The notes under the pieces: model-generated
Database searches by the model: none
What the model was told of the DNA's origin: nothing
What the model saw: the letters and a program-made list of their open reading frames with translations, nothing else
Shown here: positions 1-12,546 of the stretch, in pieces
How the letters are laid out: every line of letters begins with the position of its first letter
Position numbering within the stretch: position 1 is the stretch's first letter
From: Octopus sinensis
Taxonomy: Eukaryota
Direction: 5' to 3'
Length of the DNA stretch: 64,000 nt
Assembly: GCF_006345805.1 (NCBI RefSeq)
Contig: NC_043005.1
Span: 96,844,001-96,908,000 of the forward strand
Translations under genes and position numbers: made by a program

Positions 1-19
1 ATATATATATACATACACA

Positions 20-165
20 CGTTAGGCTTCCACACAGCTTTCCTCTCCACGCTTGTTCACCATGCATTGGGCGGCCCGGTGCTAAAGTTGATGACAGTTG
101 TCCAATGTGCTGCGTACTTGACTAAACTCAAAACCACGGAGTTGGTTGCAAAGCAAATTTCTTAA
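20..165 (-). mobile_element. SINE remnant (tRNA-derived, octopus-type family)
   Basis: Decayed reverse-oriented SINE head/body (…ctcaaaaccacggagttggttgcaaagcaaatttcttaaac) next to a (CA)n tail; recognised by resemblance only. Confidence 0.4.
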
Positions 166-876
166 ACATTGACTTTTGCACACTAGAGCAAGTTTATAAA
201 GCTAGGGTGGAGAATACTTCATTTTTGAAGCAACCTCTATACATACTTGGTATTTATTACAAGTATAAAATAACCTAAACGATTTAGTGTGTATCAATTT
301 ATCATTTTAACCGTTCCGCCGTATTAATTGATATTCATAAGTAAACATTAATATTACGTGGGAAATATAGACAGCACAATACGTTATATAGCTATAAATA
401 TAATGTCGTTTGAATCCTCAAGGATATATCTTTCATCTCTGTATTAATCGCATCTACTTTAATGAATACATTACGCATTTTATGGTTTATTATCCGCGTT
501 TCTCAGCCTCTGAGAAATGGATCTACAGCTTTCATTCATACAGAGCGGGATAAATGGTCCAGATTCACAGTAGACATACGTTCTCTTCAGTAAATGATAA
601 AAGTGATTATATTTAACATTTAGTTTGTACATTTACTTATGTTCCGAGTTCATTGCTTGCCGAACTTCCCTTTGATCTTTCTATTGATAGATAGATATCT
701 ATCAGTATATTTAGAGCGTATATTCTATGCCCGTCCATATTTATCAGTATATGCATGCAAGCATGTGTGTATGCCTTTGCTCAGTTTTATTTCAAGATTT
801 CTTGTCAGTAGAGAAAGAGCCGGTTTCTAACCTAGATTCAAAGCTCCTTCATTGGAATTTCAACATCAACAACAGG

Positions 877-877
<1 letters not shown>

Positions 878-907
<30 letters not shown>

Positions 908-1030
908 TTTATGTATTTATGTATGTATGTATGTATGTATGTATGTATGTATGTATGTATGTATGCATGCATGTATGTATATATGTATGTATGTATGTAT
1001 GTATATATGTATGTATATATGCATGCATGC
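878..1030. repeat. (TATG)n microsatellite
   Basis: Long run of gtat/tatg units; source of the spurious MYVC/HTYI ORFs. Confidence 0.95.
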
Positions 1031-2101
1031 TTGTATGTAACCTTGTTCGAAGATATGCAATCTTAATGCGTGGACAACACTGTGTCTGGAGAAATGAAGG
1101 CTAATTTCGGTCCCATTAACCGTTCTAAAATCTCGCTTAAATTTATTTAACATCTTACGGTCTCGAATTTAAGGGAACAAAATTCCGTAACTTATCCAGC
1201 TTCCTAAGATGTTTAGGCGGATAAGATTACAAGACTGCATGACTAAATAGGACGCCAATTCGCCACAGGTTTCCACAGTGCTAATTGTGTTGGAGCCGTG
1301 TTCAGTGACGCATCTTGTTCAAGAAAACAACGAACTTCCCGGTCCGAGAATTGAACCAAGAAGCTAACGATCGTGAGCCTAACACTCTCAGCAGTTGAAC
1401 ATTCGCTTTCCTCCCTCTTACACTAAGACTTAGATATTTATTCAAACATATATCTGTCGATCAACAAGTCGACTAAAAGTTAGAGAGAATCATTAGCGGC
1501 TACAGATAGAATGTTCTGCGCTATGACTACAAGTCCCGCCAAGGTCGACTTCATCATTTAGTATTCCAAGGTGGACAAATAATTCTGGGGTCCATTCTTA
1601 TTCATTTTTTCTGATTTGTCCGTTATATCCAAAGTTCAAACCTTCTGACATTCTGTCACGGTGATACATACTGAAATTTGCATTAAAGATAAATGGGTAT
1701 GTTGGATACTAAACCACTAACACGTTAATTTCATCTTTAGGAATTCACTTGGTTCGAACAATTAGTCATCGTCAAGAGCAATGAAGATCACATCCGTATT
1801 GTAGTATTGTTTACGTATTAATTACGTATTTTTTTGTTCTTCCTTGTTATGATAATGACAAAGATTATGCAGTTTTAAGATTTCGTGAAAATTAGCATAA
1901 ACAGTAATAAATATGTTAATATGACATTTCAAAAGGAAATCGAATTGTCATTTTCTCACATCCAGTGATGACCGTGTCAGTTATTGCACTAGAGCTACAT
2001 TGCGCATGAGTAGGTGTAAATGAGTATGTGTGTGTGTGTGCAAACGCGTATGTGTACGCACACACACACATACACATATGTATGTATGTATGTATGTATT
2101 T

Positions 2102-2295
2102 GTCAGGTCACTTTCGAGTGCTACTGGTAACATGTAACCCAGTACAACCTGTCGCGTGGTCGGGCCGTCGGCGACTAAACCGGCATCCCCACCAAGCTTG
2201 CTTGGTGAGGAGGGTGTTTATCGGACATCCTGCGGGATGAAAAACAAAACCCGTCAAAGAGCGGAGGAACTCTTGAGAGTCAACGGCCATCCAAT
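2102..2295 (+). mobile_element. 5' leader of an RTE-clade LINE (body absent)
   Basis: GC-rich island starting right after a (TATG)n tract; contains several hairpins and RTE-like 5' UTR phrases (…ggcgactaaaccgg…cctgcgggatgaaaaacaaaacccgtc). Confidence 0.45.
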
Positions 2296-2479
2296 AAATG
2301 TGTAATTATATATTTACTGTATATATCCCCTTTTCTCACTAATCTTATATATTGTATCTTTTTATAGCTTGCTCTTTATATATATTTTTATATACTTTAC
2401 ATCATATATTTTATGTATATTTTGTATATCAATATTTTTATATATCGTATGTTTTTTCTTTTTGTTTTCTTTATATCTA

Positions 2480-3270
2480 TTTTATCCAGTTTGTGGATGT
2501 ATCTTGCGCGGGGACATAGAAATAATCGGACTGAATACCCGATCGCGCGGTTAAACCATTGGGAGTGAAGGACTCCTAACCTTTGATAGGGCATCCTTCT
2601 AGGAGAAGATAACTCAGGTAACTGGGATAACTCCGACATAAAACCTGCGGCTCAGTGGTTACCGATGATGTTGACTTGTTCTTCTTTTCGGATTATGGCT
2701 GCTGTTGCATAGTGAGTGGGATTGACTCAGTGCACAGCCTTTCCTCACTTTAAAAAAAATCTTCTTGCACAGGCATTGCAAAATAACGGCATTGATTGAT
2801 TGATTAAATTGATTAACTAATTCATGATTGATGAGAGTGCTGTGAGTCTCAACTGAATGGTTGGCTGTAGCCTTAAAAAGCAAATAATCAATGATATGCC
2901 AAAACAGTATAAAAATAATTAGCAGTAAGGACTCTGGAACCACATCAGATAAAAGAGTTTGGCCCGGCGGGGGCTCTAGAGCCTTACAGTCTGAACCCGG
3001 CCGTCATCATGCTACTGTGATAGAACCAAATAAAATATTGAATATTGGCTGTTGGAATGTACGGACGCTGCTTGACCGCGAGTCCTTTGAATGTCCTGAA
3101 CGAAGGACTGCGCTTGTTGCGAAGGAGTTTCGACGCTATGATCTTGATATCGTTGCTTTATCTAAGAGGAAATTAGCTAGAAATGGTCATCTTACAGAAT
3201 CGTGTGGAAAATATATATTCTTTTGGAAAGGGAGAGATGAAGAGTTTATAGTAACCCCAAACCACCCACA
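2480..3270 (+). mobile_element. RTE (BovB-like) LINE 5' UTR plus N-terminus of the AP endonuclease, 3'-truncated
   Basis: ORF 2891-3277 contains LNIGCWNVRTLLDR..CPERRTALVAKEFRRYDLDIVALS..YIFFWKG, the typical RTE endonuclease N-terminus. Confidence 0.85.
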
Positions 3271-4472
3271 TAGTTAGGAAGCTTCTTAATGACACAACCA
3301 ACGTGCAATTGTATTCTATAAATTTTACTTTATAATGCATAAGTTTTCAGTATAAAACCATCTATGCAAATCGGATTTACCGATTCCATATAGCCGGCCG
3401 ATTCAGTGGATATAATTACAATTAGCTATACATATTTCAATGGTCAGTGGAAGATTTTAAATAGGCTTGAACCAAGTCAAGTCGAGCTCACGAAAGATTA
3501 ATAAGAATATTTTGTTTACATTATTCAGGGAGTGTTCTGTTACAGCTAAAAAGAGAATTAACGATTTAGTTAGAATGCGAGGCATATCTTGCGATGCATT
3601 TCAATATGTGTGTTGGGTGGGGTGTATTTATGCATATATAAATATGTATACGTTAAATATATTTTCATATGTGTATGTGTGTATCTGTGTGCAAGTAAGT
3701 GTGTGCATGTGTATGTGGTTTATGTTTGTATGAGCCTGTGTGTGTGTGGAGGGCCTGTATATATGTGACTGCACGGGTGCGCAGACACGCTTATATTTCA
3801 ATTTATAAAAATAATTTTTCCCACATAAGTTATATTAGAATTTATAATTGCAAAACAATATTTTCCCAGAAGTATTCTAGCAAGTTGTCAAACTTGCAAT
3901 TTTCTCATTCGGGAAATGAAGGAAAAGAAAAGTTAGAAATTCCTTTATTTTAACATGTTTCGAAATTAAAAATTAACTATTACAAGTGTTTCTATATATA
4001 TACATGTAGGTTTGCATACCAGTTTTAAAATGTATATATTTCACAAAATCTATATTTAGTACTCTGCCCCAGCATGGCCTTGAGACAAGTGGGTACAGTT
4101 GACACTGACGTTCTAACATAAAATGCTTTAAAATGTGATCTTTGTTTGTACAGAAGCTACGAAATATATCACAAATCCTTGTACGTGACGTGAATGCGTG
4201 TGAAAGCGTCGAAATATATAATTCAATTTTGGTAAGATGGCTGATGATTTTCGAGCGGAATTTATGTCTTGAGAATAAATTCCCTGTTGTAAATAACATG
4301 ATATTATAGCTGATATAAGATTTTTCGGAATTATATGTAACTGCGATTACACGATACTTTGGTATTATGGCATGATAGTCCTCATAAAATGTGTTGTTAA
4401 TTCGCACTAAATCGAGTTTGACTGAGCATATGTACACACACGCACACACACGTACAACTGTATGTATGTATT

Positions 4473-4540
<68 letters not shown>

Positions 4541-4768
4541 ATATATATTTTTTTTTTTTAAACGCGGTGTATCAGCATGGCCGCAGCTCTGAGCTGAAAC
4601 TAGAAATATATATATACATACATATTCATAAATAAGGGCAAACGAAACAATTTCTAATGCCAAGTATGCCGAAAAATTGGACATATTGTCCATTAACCAT
4701 ATGATTTTTTCACAATACGCACGCTACTCGAAAAAGGTCGACAGAAATTTCTAAAAATTCCTTTATTA

Positions 4769-4828
4769 CCATATCGGACCGATTTCAGGTTTAGCTCATA
4801 ACAGTTCTACCTTCGTCAGTGATACATG
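4769..4828 (-). ncRNA. Type I minimal hammerhead ribozyme, slightly decayed (probable Penelope pLTR relic)
   Basis: Minus strand reads catgtatca-CTGACGA-aggt..(18 nt)..acct-GAAA-tcg-GTC-cgatatgg-taataaag. Core intact; stem II 4 bp; stem I pairs except the first pair (A.C); stem III has U.G. Confidence 0.65.
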
Positions 4829-5017
4829 TGGCAAAAGAAATATATAAATGAGATACTTACTCATACCCATGGAAAAAGCAAACACTAAGTCATGAGCACA
4901 ATTAAGTACCCCAAATACATCCAAAAAAGAAATACTCCAGCCCATTCGAGACACATGCGATTTGAACTGAGGTTCTCACAGAGTGAGAGAGTCTGGAAGT
5001 GAACGCTTAAATTTATA

Positions 5018-5796
5018 TCTAATGTATGATAAAAATTTTTTCGAAAAGAATTTTTTTCGAAAAAAATATTACCCTACATTAGATATGTGACCTCGTGAGC
5101 ACCGCCAGCAATTTTTTTCCTCTGTCTTCCCTTCTCGGGATCTTTCCTTCTCCTTTGTCCCCTTCGATTTAGATTCCTAACTACTCCCACATTTTGCGGT
5201 GCAGTTTAACCAAATTCGGGTATCTTATAGTCGTGATTCATATCGAGTCCGTCTGGGTATTAGCGCGCGTCTACGATGAGTCTACGATTTTTAAAATAAT
5301 TTAACATCATTTTTTATTCCATTTTAATGCATATTTTTTCGTGTGTCGATGGCGGCGGAGTTGGCGTCCACGCTCACAGTTGCACCTGTGTTGCTTCTCC
5401 CCCTTCTTCCCTCCCTCGTGAAGCTGTGGGGAAGGGAGTGTAAAGAAATCAACGTCGTAATGCGTTGTCAAGGAGACCAGCGTTCTTTTAGAACAACGAC
5501 TTCATGGCTTGAAGACGCCAAAACAGAAATGGCTTAGAAAGTGTCTACATGAGTCTACGATTAAAAAAAAAATTAACCCTCATTTTTTCCATTTTAATGC
5601 GTTTTTTCGCTATTATATCAGGGAAGTAACTCTCTAAAAATGTCTACGATGAGTCAACGATTTAAAAAAAAAATTACCATCATTTTTTATTCCATTTTTA
5701 ATGCATTTTTTTGCTATTTTTTGGCTATAACTCTCTAAAAATGCTTATATAGTTATTTCCCTTACAAACCCGAGCAACGCCGGGCGATACTGCTAG
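5018..5796 (+). mobile_element. Non-autonomous Helitron
   Basis: 3' end CCCGAGCAACGCCGGG hairpin (5769-5784) followed by CTAG (5793-5796) and T. Three internal ~65-bp subrepeats (tctacgatgagtctacgatt…ccattttaatgc). The 5' A|TC boundary at 5018 is only tentative. Confidence 0.65.
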
Positions 5797-5881
<85 letters not shown>

Positions 5882-5884
<3 letters not shown>

Positions 5885-6035
5885 GGATCAAAACAGTTTG
5901 ATTCAGATTCGGTGATACTCCGAATTTCAAGCGCGATGCTAGTCTTCAGCCAGTTTGAATGTGATTCAAAATGGCTGACATGGCGCTTGAAACTCGGAGT
6001 ACCAAAACATTCGAATCAAATTGTTTTGATCCATA
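5882..6035. mobile_element. Fold-back MITE (almost wholly palindromic)
   Basis: Three nested inverted segments: tatggatcaaaacagtttgattc/gaatcaaattgttttgatccata; tactccgaatttcaagcgc/gcgcttgaaactcggagta; tcagccagtttgaat/attcaaaatggctga. Confidence 0.75.
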
Positions 6036-6349
6036 CATGTACCTCCCAATAAATTTGTTGAGTGCCCTCCCACTCGTACATATATATAACTGACAGTTAA
6101 GTTCTTGACGAACTCAAGTGTCAGTTAAATACATTTTGAAATCTGATGATTACTACGAACGTATGAAAGCGCCAATTGAATTTTATGAACATTACAAAAT
6201 ATCTTTTTTAATGAACTCTTTCATCACCTCTGCTATGGGAGCTTTTGTGTATACTAGTCAGTACATATCTGTTTGTAAATACGTATACCCTTATGAAAAT
6301 AAATACATATACATGAGTGTGTGTATATGGTTATGTATGTGTGTGTGGT

Positions 6350-6388
<39 letters not shown>

Positions 6389-6494
6389 ATATTGCATTTA
6401 CATGTGTTCATATGCGTGTCTCTATGCAAGCAGCTGTTTCTCTACCTGTGTCTGCGTGTATGCACATAACTATCTATCTATCTATCTCACTGAG

Positions 6495-6640
6495 GGGAGA
6501 TGTTAGCTTCGTAACCACATAAATCAGGGTTCAATCCCATTGCGTGGTACTTTGGCCGAGAGTCGTCTACTATAACACCGAGCTGACCAAAGCTTTCTGA
6601 GTGCATTTGGAAAGCGGAAATTGAAATAAGCTCGTTGTAT
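6495..6640 (+). mobile_element. tRNA-derived SINE fragment
   Basis: B-box-like gggttcaatccc followed by a SINE body and a (TACA)n tail. Confidence 0.55.
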
Positions 6641-7357
6641 ACATACATACATATACATACATACATAGACCTTGGCCGAATCATCTTTCACAAATATGGC
6701 CCCTTCATTATTGTTCCTTCTCCCTTTTCCTTCCTTCTCTCTCTTATCTCTCTGCCTTCATCTCTGAGTCTTTCTCTCATCTCTTTATCTCTATTTATCC
6801 CTCTAGTCCCATCTGAAGGCATAAATAAATTTTAAATGAGTCGTATGTAGCTTTTATAGCCCACTGACCTCTAACCTGCGTGTTTCCATGTTTCCATCAC
6901 AGCTAATTCAATTAAGAAAGTTCTCAATATATTTTCAGTCTCTTTGAAGATGGCTAACAGAGTGTTTTGTTCGACATCCTGTAATATATTCTCCGAAATA
7001 TATTTTGAACACCTGAGGAAAACGGTTTATTCATAATGTAATCGTTGTTATCAAAATATTCATCAATAAAGAATGTATCTGAAACAAGTGTAGTGAATCT
7101 TTAAATATGTATGTTCTTCTTTAATCCTGTCTATGTGTGTGTGTGCGTATGTGTGCGTGTGTGTGTGCGTTAGTGTGTGTATAGAGACGAACATAAATAG
7201 AAACACATATAATGCACATAGTGTATGAGTTCACTCCTCTTTGTTTTAATTTCTATGTGGCACAGACTCACCATACACCATATACCCAAGTGCACGCATG
7301 CGCACAAACATGTTTCAAATGTTTTAATGCAATTCTTTTTTCCTTTTTCTTTTACAG

Positions 7358-7581
7358 AGGATGGTTCAACCATTGTGGTCCGGAATTGTGCTAAAACTGA
7401 CTGGGGTAGACACTGTGGAGCCATTTGGTATGTCAAAGACGAATCAAAGGATCCCGAACGACTGTATGGCTGTCTGGTTTCCTGCGATACTGACGGATGT
7501 AATACTGCGAGCCGGCATCCAGTGGCTAGAATTCTTATGGCGTTTGCACTTCTAATCGCTCTTGTCGTCGCAGTATCCTAG
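7358..7581 (+). CDS. Last coding exon of a Ly6/uPAR three-finger, GPI-anchored protein (quiver/sleepless-like)
   Basis: Strong acceptor ttttttcctttttcttttacag| at 7357 (phase 1). Encodes DGSTIVVRNCAKTDWGRHCGAIWY…LYGCLVSCDTDGCN-TASRHPVA-RILMAFALLIALVVAVS*: five Cys, the CxxDGCN end motif and a hydrophobic GPI signal. Upstream exons not found in the window. Confidence 0.85.
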
Positions 7582-8494
7582 GACACAGATAAATACACAC
7601 AAACATATGTGTTATATATATATCTATCTATATCTTTATCGATGTATATATATATGTGTGTGTATGTATGTGTGTGTATGTATGTGTGTGTATGTATGTG
7701 TGTGTGTATGTGAGTGTATATGCATATGCATGTGTAAATGTATATAAACATATATATGAACATATATACCTGAATATATATATATGTATATATTTATGTA
7801 TATATACTTGCGTGTATATATACTCGGCTGGATCATCACATGAAGCTATGTGGTTGTGTAGTTGTAGTAATGGGTTGTTCATTCAAAAGAAATTATGGGG
7901 TAGAAAAAGATGTGGCCTGGAAAGTGTGTAGGCTAAATAACGCTAAGTCGGGCGTGTTGGGCGTGGTTGGACAGGTTTGAAAAGCTTGGATCCTTTTTTT
8001 CTTTTATGCATTTATCTTTTGTCCCTTTTCGCTCTTTCTTGAAATTTCTCCATTATCTCGCCATAATCCTTTCGTAAAAATTTAATTCTGTTTATCTTAT
8101 GGTTACTTATATTGAGTTTATGCTTTTTGTTTTTTTTGCCTCCCCAACTGTGTGTGTGTGTAATTTAATATTTAGCAGAAGTAAATGAGTGACTCAAGGT
8201 ACAAGAGTTTTGTGCTTTGTTACTTGTAACGCCAGCAACTCTCGGACCGCGAGTTACTCTGTTATTTCTGCTAAATATTTATAAATATATACATATACTC
8301 ATACTTTGAGATCTATTTCTCCTGTTTGCACCAACATACCAATATATATACGTATATATATATATATATCTGGCAGGAGGCAAATACTGCTGTTGGATAC
8401 CACTGGGAGAAATCTGTAGGTGAACGAGATTTATATTGTACTCTACTAGGCTCAGAATATAACTATACATACACACACACACGCACGCACACAC

Positions 8495-8611
<117 letters not shown>

Positions 8612-8827
8612 TAAGAATAAATAAAGGGTATTAATGCTCATGATCAAAATGCGCTTTCACGCACTGCAGTTACTCTCGAACGATGCCACACCGCTGACTT
8701 CACGAGCAGTGCAATGCACACACACACACACACACATATGTATATATATGTATGTGTGAATGCGTTTGTGTACAAGCGTATGCATGTACGTTTTGCGTAT
8801 AAAAGTATATATACATATATTTATATG

Positions 8828-8871
<44 letters not shown>

Positions 8872-9130
8872 TAGAGAGAGAGGAAAAAGACAGAAAAAAA
8901 GAGATGCATTCATTTCTATCATTCCATTGCTATATATGGTTATACACACAAATCTATATAGATAAATTCGTGTATGTGCTTGTGTGTGTATATATATACA
9001 TGCATATATACATACATGTGCACATGTGTGTGGCTATATGTATGCATGAATGAATGAATGAAACTCTGCATATATGTATATAGACATACATTATATATAT
9101 ATACGTATATATATATATATATATATATTA

Positions 9131-9439
9131 TTGTGTCTGGGTAGAGTCATTCTGTTTTAATGCGTTATTGATTAACACACTCACCGGTTCGATTTCCATT
9201 TATTTACTTATTCATTTTTTTCTAAAATTTTCGTTGCTTCTTGCAAACTCTTCAATAGTCGTTGTCTCAGTCCGTTATAGGAACACCGTTATTGCAGCCC
9301 CAATAACGGACAGATCCAATGAATATTATTGAGTTTGCAGGATGCAACGAACATTTTAGATAAAATAAATAAATAAGTAGAGGTTGCATTAAAACAGAGA
9401 GCAATGCATTAAAACAGAATGACTCTCCCCCAGACACAA
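9131..9439. mobile_element. MITE, TTGTGTCTG…GAGAGTCATT family
   Basis: ~33-bp TIRs ttgtgtctgggtagagtcattctgttttaatgc / gcattaaaacagaatgactctcccccagacacaa. Confidence 0.7.
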
Positions 9440-10634
9440 CAGGACACACCAAATACGGTAACAAAATGCGCACGCGCACACACACACACACACACACACT
9501 CACATACACATGTTGTGCAACTTAAGCTTTGGATTTAATAAAATATGAGACATTTATAATAAATAACTCTTTGTAATCAGATTTGTCCCTCCACGTTTCC
9601 AACTACACTGTCAACCGTAAAATGCATTACTCTCGGTTTCCCTTAACATTCGCAAAAGGATGAATGTTCTGATTTGTCTCTACAAATTTTATTTAAAGTT
9701 CTTACATCCCCAGCTGATCGTGCATAAGCGCAGATACAATTTGTATGATATACAATACTTGTTCTACATAATGTATATGTGTATATATATAACGTATATA
9801 TGTACATAAATTATATATATACATGCATAAATATGCGTACATATACACACACACTTATGCATACATTCATACATACACACATCCATACATATATGTGTGT
9901 GTGTGTTTGTCTGTGTGTGTACTTAATTTCTGCTTCTGTTTGTGTAAATAAAGATGTGCTTTTTTTCAAACATTGTGAATAAAAGATACGATTGTTCAAG
10001 TTTAATACTTTATTTTCTTTAGTGGAACATTAACGTTCCTAAGTCCATTAACGTTTCAAACCATCTCGGTCACATGATACTCTAAAAATTATATTAATAT
10101 TAATGGCTTTTTTGCAGTAGAATTCATAAGGATGAATTTCAACGTGATAAAGACATTAATGCCGGATTTACAAGTAGCGAACTGTGAAATTTTGGTATAT
10201 GTTACTGTTCGTTTCTGTTTGCAGTATCTGCGAGTTGATATTTACTGTACAACAGAAAATTAATAACAAAATACAAATGGAAAAATCAAGGCAAATATAA
10301 AACATGTCAAACGGCCCATAATATCTAAATGGAATTAACTGATGTGCAATTATGAATCCAAAGTTCAAGACAGTTAACAGTTCCAAAAGTATTCCTATGA
10401 TATTTTGCAAGTTATTGCAAAGCGCGGGGATATAGCAGCGAAATTGCTATCACTTCAATCAGAAGATAAATCCGAGTAAGACTCAAAGCGTTATTGGACT
10501 TAATGCTATTGCTACAAATTTCAAGTAAATGTCTAATGAGAAAGGGGAAAATTCTTTAAAAGAATGATTAAATTCAAACACAGTCGTGTCTTTTACACAC
10601 ACACAGACATACACACACACATATATACATACAT

Positions 10635-10673
<39 letters not shown>

Positions 10674-10871
10674 CAAAATTTAGAGGACTGACCACTAAAA
10701 GTGGACAGCCTATATGCTAGATATAGACGTCAAATCGCCATTTTCTACGAAGAATGTGTTCTCGAGAACAGTTCTCTAAATTTTGTATGTAAAAAAATGT
10801 TTAATCTTCGGATTTTTTAAAAATATGCTAGGCCAGCGGTTTTAATTCATTAATATCAATTTCTACCTTTA

Positions 10872-10983
<112 letters not shown>

Positions 10984-11042
10984 TTGTGTTTATATATATA
11001 TATATATATTAAGCGTTTCATCCCAGAAGGTGTGACCATGCT

Positions 11043-11116
<74 letters not shown>

Positions 11117-11759
11117 CACCATATTTTCACTTTTTTAATGTGTTATAGTATCTACTGTAATTCTGAAGTTGTTAGTTTTTCTCACTCGACCACTTGTGTG
11201 TTTATATGTATACTAAACCAATTTTCAACTCCTTATATTTATATACATGAAATGTTTTCGAATCATATATTTAGAAACATTGCACAACATTGTTCTTTAT
11301 ATGTATATAATTTTAGAGCTGAGTTATCTATACATATGTACATCTCTGTCTTCTCTTCTCTTTATGCATATACGTGTGTGTGCGTATACGTGTTTGTTTT
11401 TTATGCCTGTGTGTGTATGTGTATACATGTGTGTGTGTGCATAATATACCCGTGCATTTACATATAAATACTACTCACACATACACATGTGTCGTGTATC
11501 ATATAACCATACGCACACATATACGTATATTTGATAATCTTAATAAAATGGTCAAAGATACCAGCGTTAAATCATGTACAGAGTACTTTTTTTTTAATGT
11601 TACTTTCTTATTTCTTTTAATCTCAACTTCGCAATTAATTATCCGTTCAGCGTTTACACCATCTTTGAGATCATGTTAAGCTCTGACGATGTGATTTTGA
11701 AATAGGGAACTGTGAGTCATCGCAAGATCGGAAATATATTTGTATATATCTATTTGCAT

Positions 11760-11802
<43 letters not shown>

Positions 11803-12302
11803 GTATGTATAACTATATATGTTCATATATGTGTGTGTGTGTGTTTGTGTATGGGTATGAGTAAATATATGTACGTGTGTTTGCATGTTTATATATAGAT
11901 ATATATAAGGTCTCAATATGCACATCCACCACATAATACCCAACTAAAATGTCTAGCATAAAATGTCACGGCAAATCACCTGAGCCAACAATATCCGTTT
12001 GAACATTTGTTAGTGATAGTAAAAGCATACTTTTACTATTTTATTACTGCAATAGCTATTATACAACCAAGAAACACTAACAAGATCATCTGGCATAACA
12101 GTGAAGCAAAATATTTCAGGATAAACATTTTGCGTAAAATAAACAATAATGTCTTATTATAAACAATTCTTATTATATTATGTCTTATTATAAACAATAA
12201 TGTAATATAGTGAGTTGAAAATTTCCAGTAAAATAATAATTATACATTTCGTTTTTGGATTTGGTTTGCAAGATTCTTTATATGAGTTCGTGTGTTGAAG
12301 CA

Positions 12303-12546
12303 TATTCTGTTGTGTCTGAGGAGAGTCATTTTCTTTTTGTGCCATACAATGTAACACACTCACCGGTAAAATTTCCACTTATTTCATCTTTTTATTCTCC
12401 TAAAAAGTCAAAACTATTGAAAAGGTTGCAAGACGCAACGAAAATTTTAGGAGAATAAAAATATGAAATAAGTGGAAATTTTACCGGTGAGTGTGTTACA
12501 TTGTAAGGCACAAAAAGAAAATGACTCTCCCCAGACACAACAGAAT
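12303..12546. mobile_element. Fold-back MITE with ~100-bp inverted arms (same terminal family as 9131-9439)
   Basis: tattctgttgtgtctgaggagagtcattttc…ctcaccggtaaaatttccacttatttcatc…ctcctaaaa is mirrored by ttttaggagaat…gaaaatgactctccccagacacaacagaata; few mismatches, ~40-nt spacer. Confidence 0.85.

Noticed and set aside
480-600. Minus-strand CTGAAGA…GAGAAACGCGGATA as a hammerhead
   Set aside because: No stem II closes against GAAA, and stems I and III do not pair.
4154-4231. 78-nt AG…GT-bounded open segment (KLRNISQ…NSIL) as a possible upstream Ly6 exon
   Set aside because: It is open only in phase 0-0, which does not fit the phase-1 acceptor of the terminal exon, and it lacks the LU cysteine pattern.
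10452-10500. caatCAGAAGA…gagt-aag-actc-AAAG-cgtta-ttgg as a hammerhead relic
   Set aside because: Both core segments are mutated and a 7-nt insert precedes the hairpin; it cannot be supported without a family consensus.
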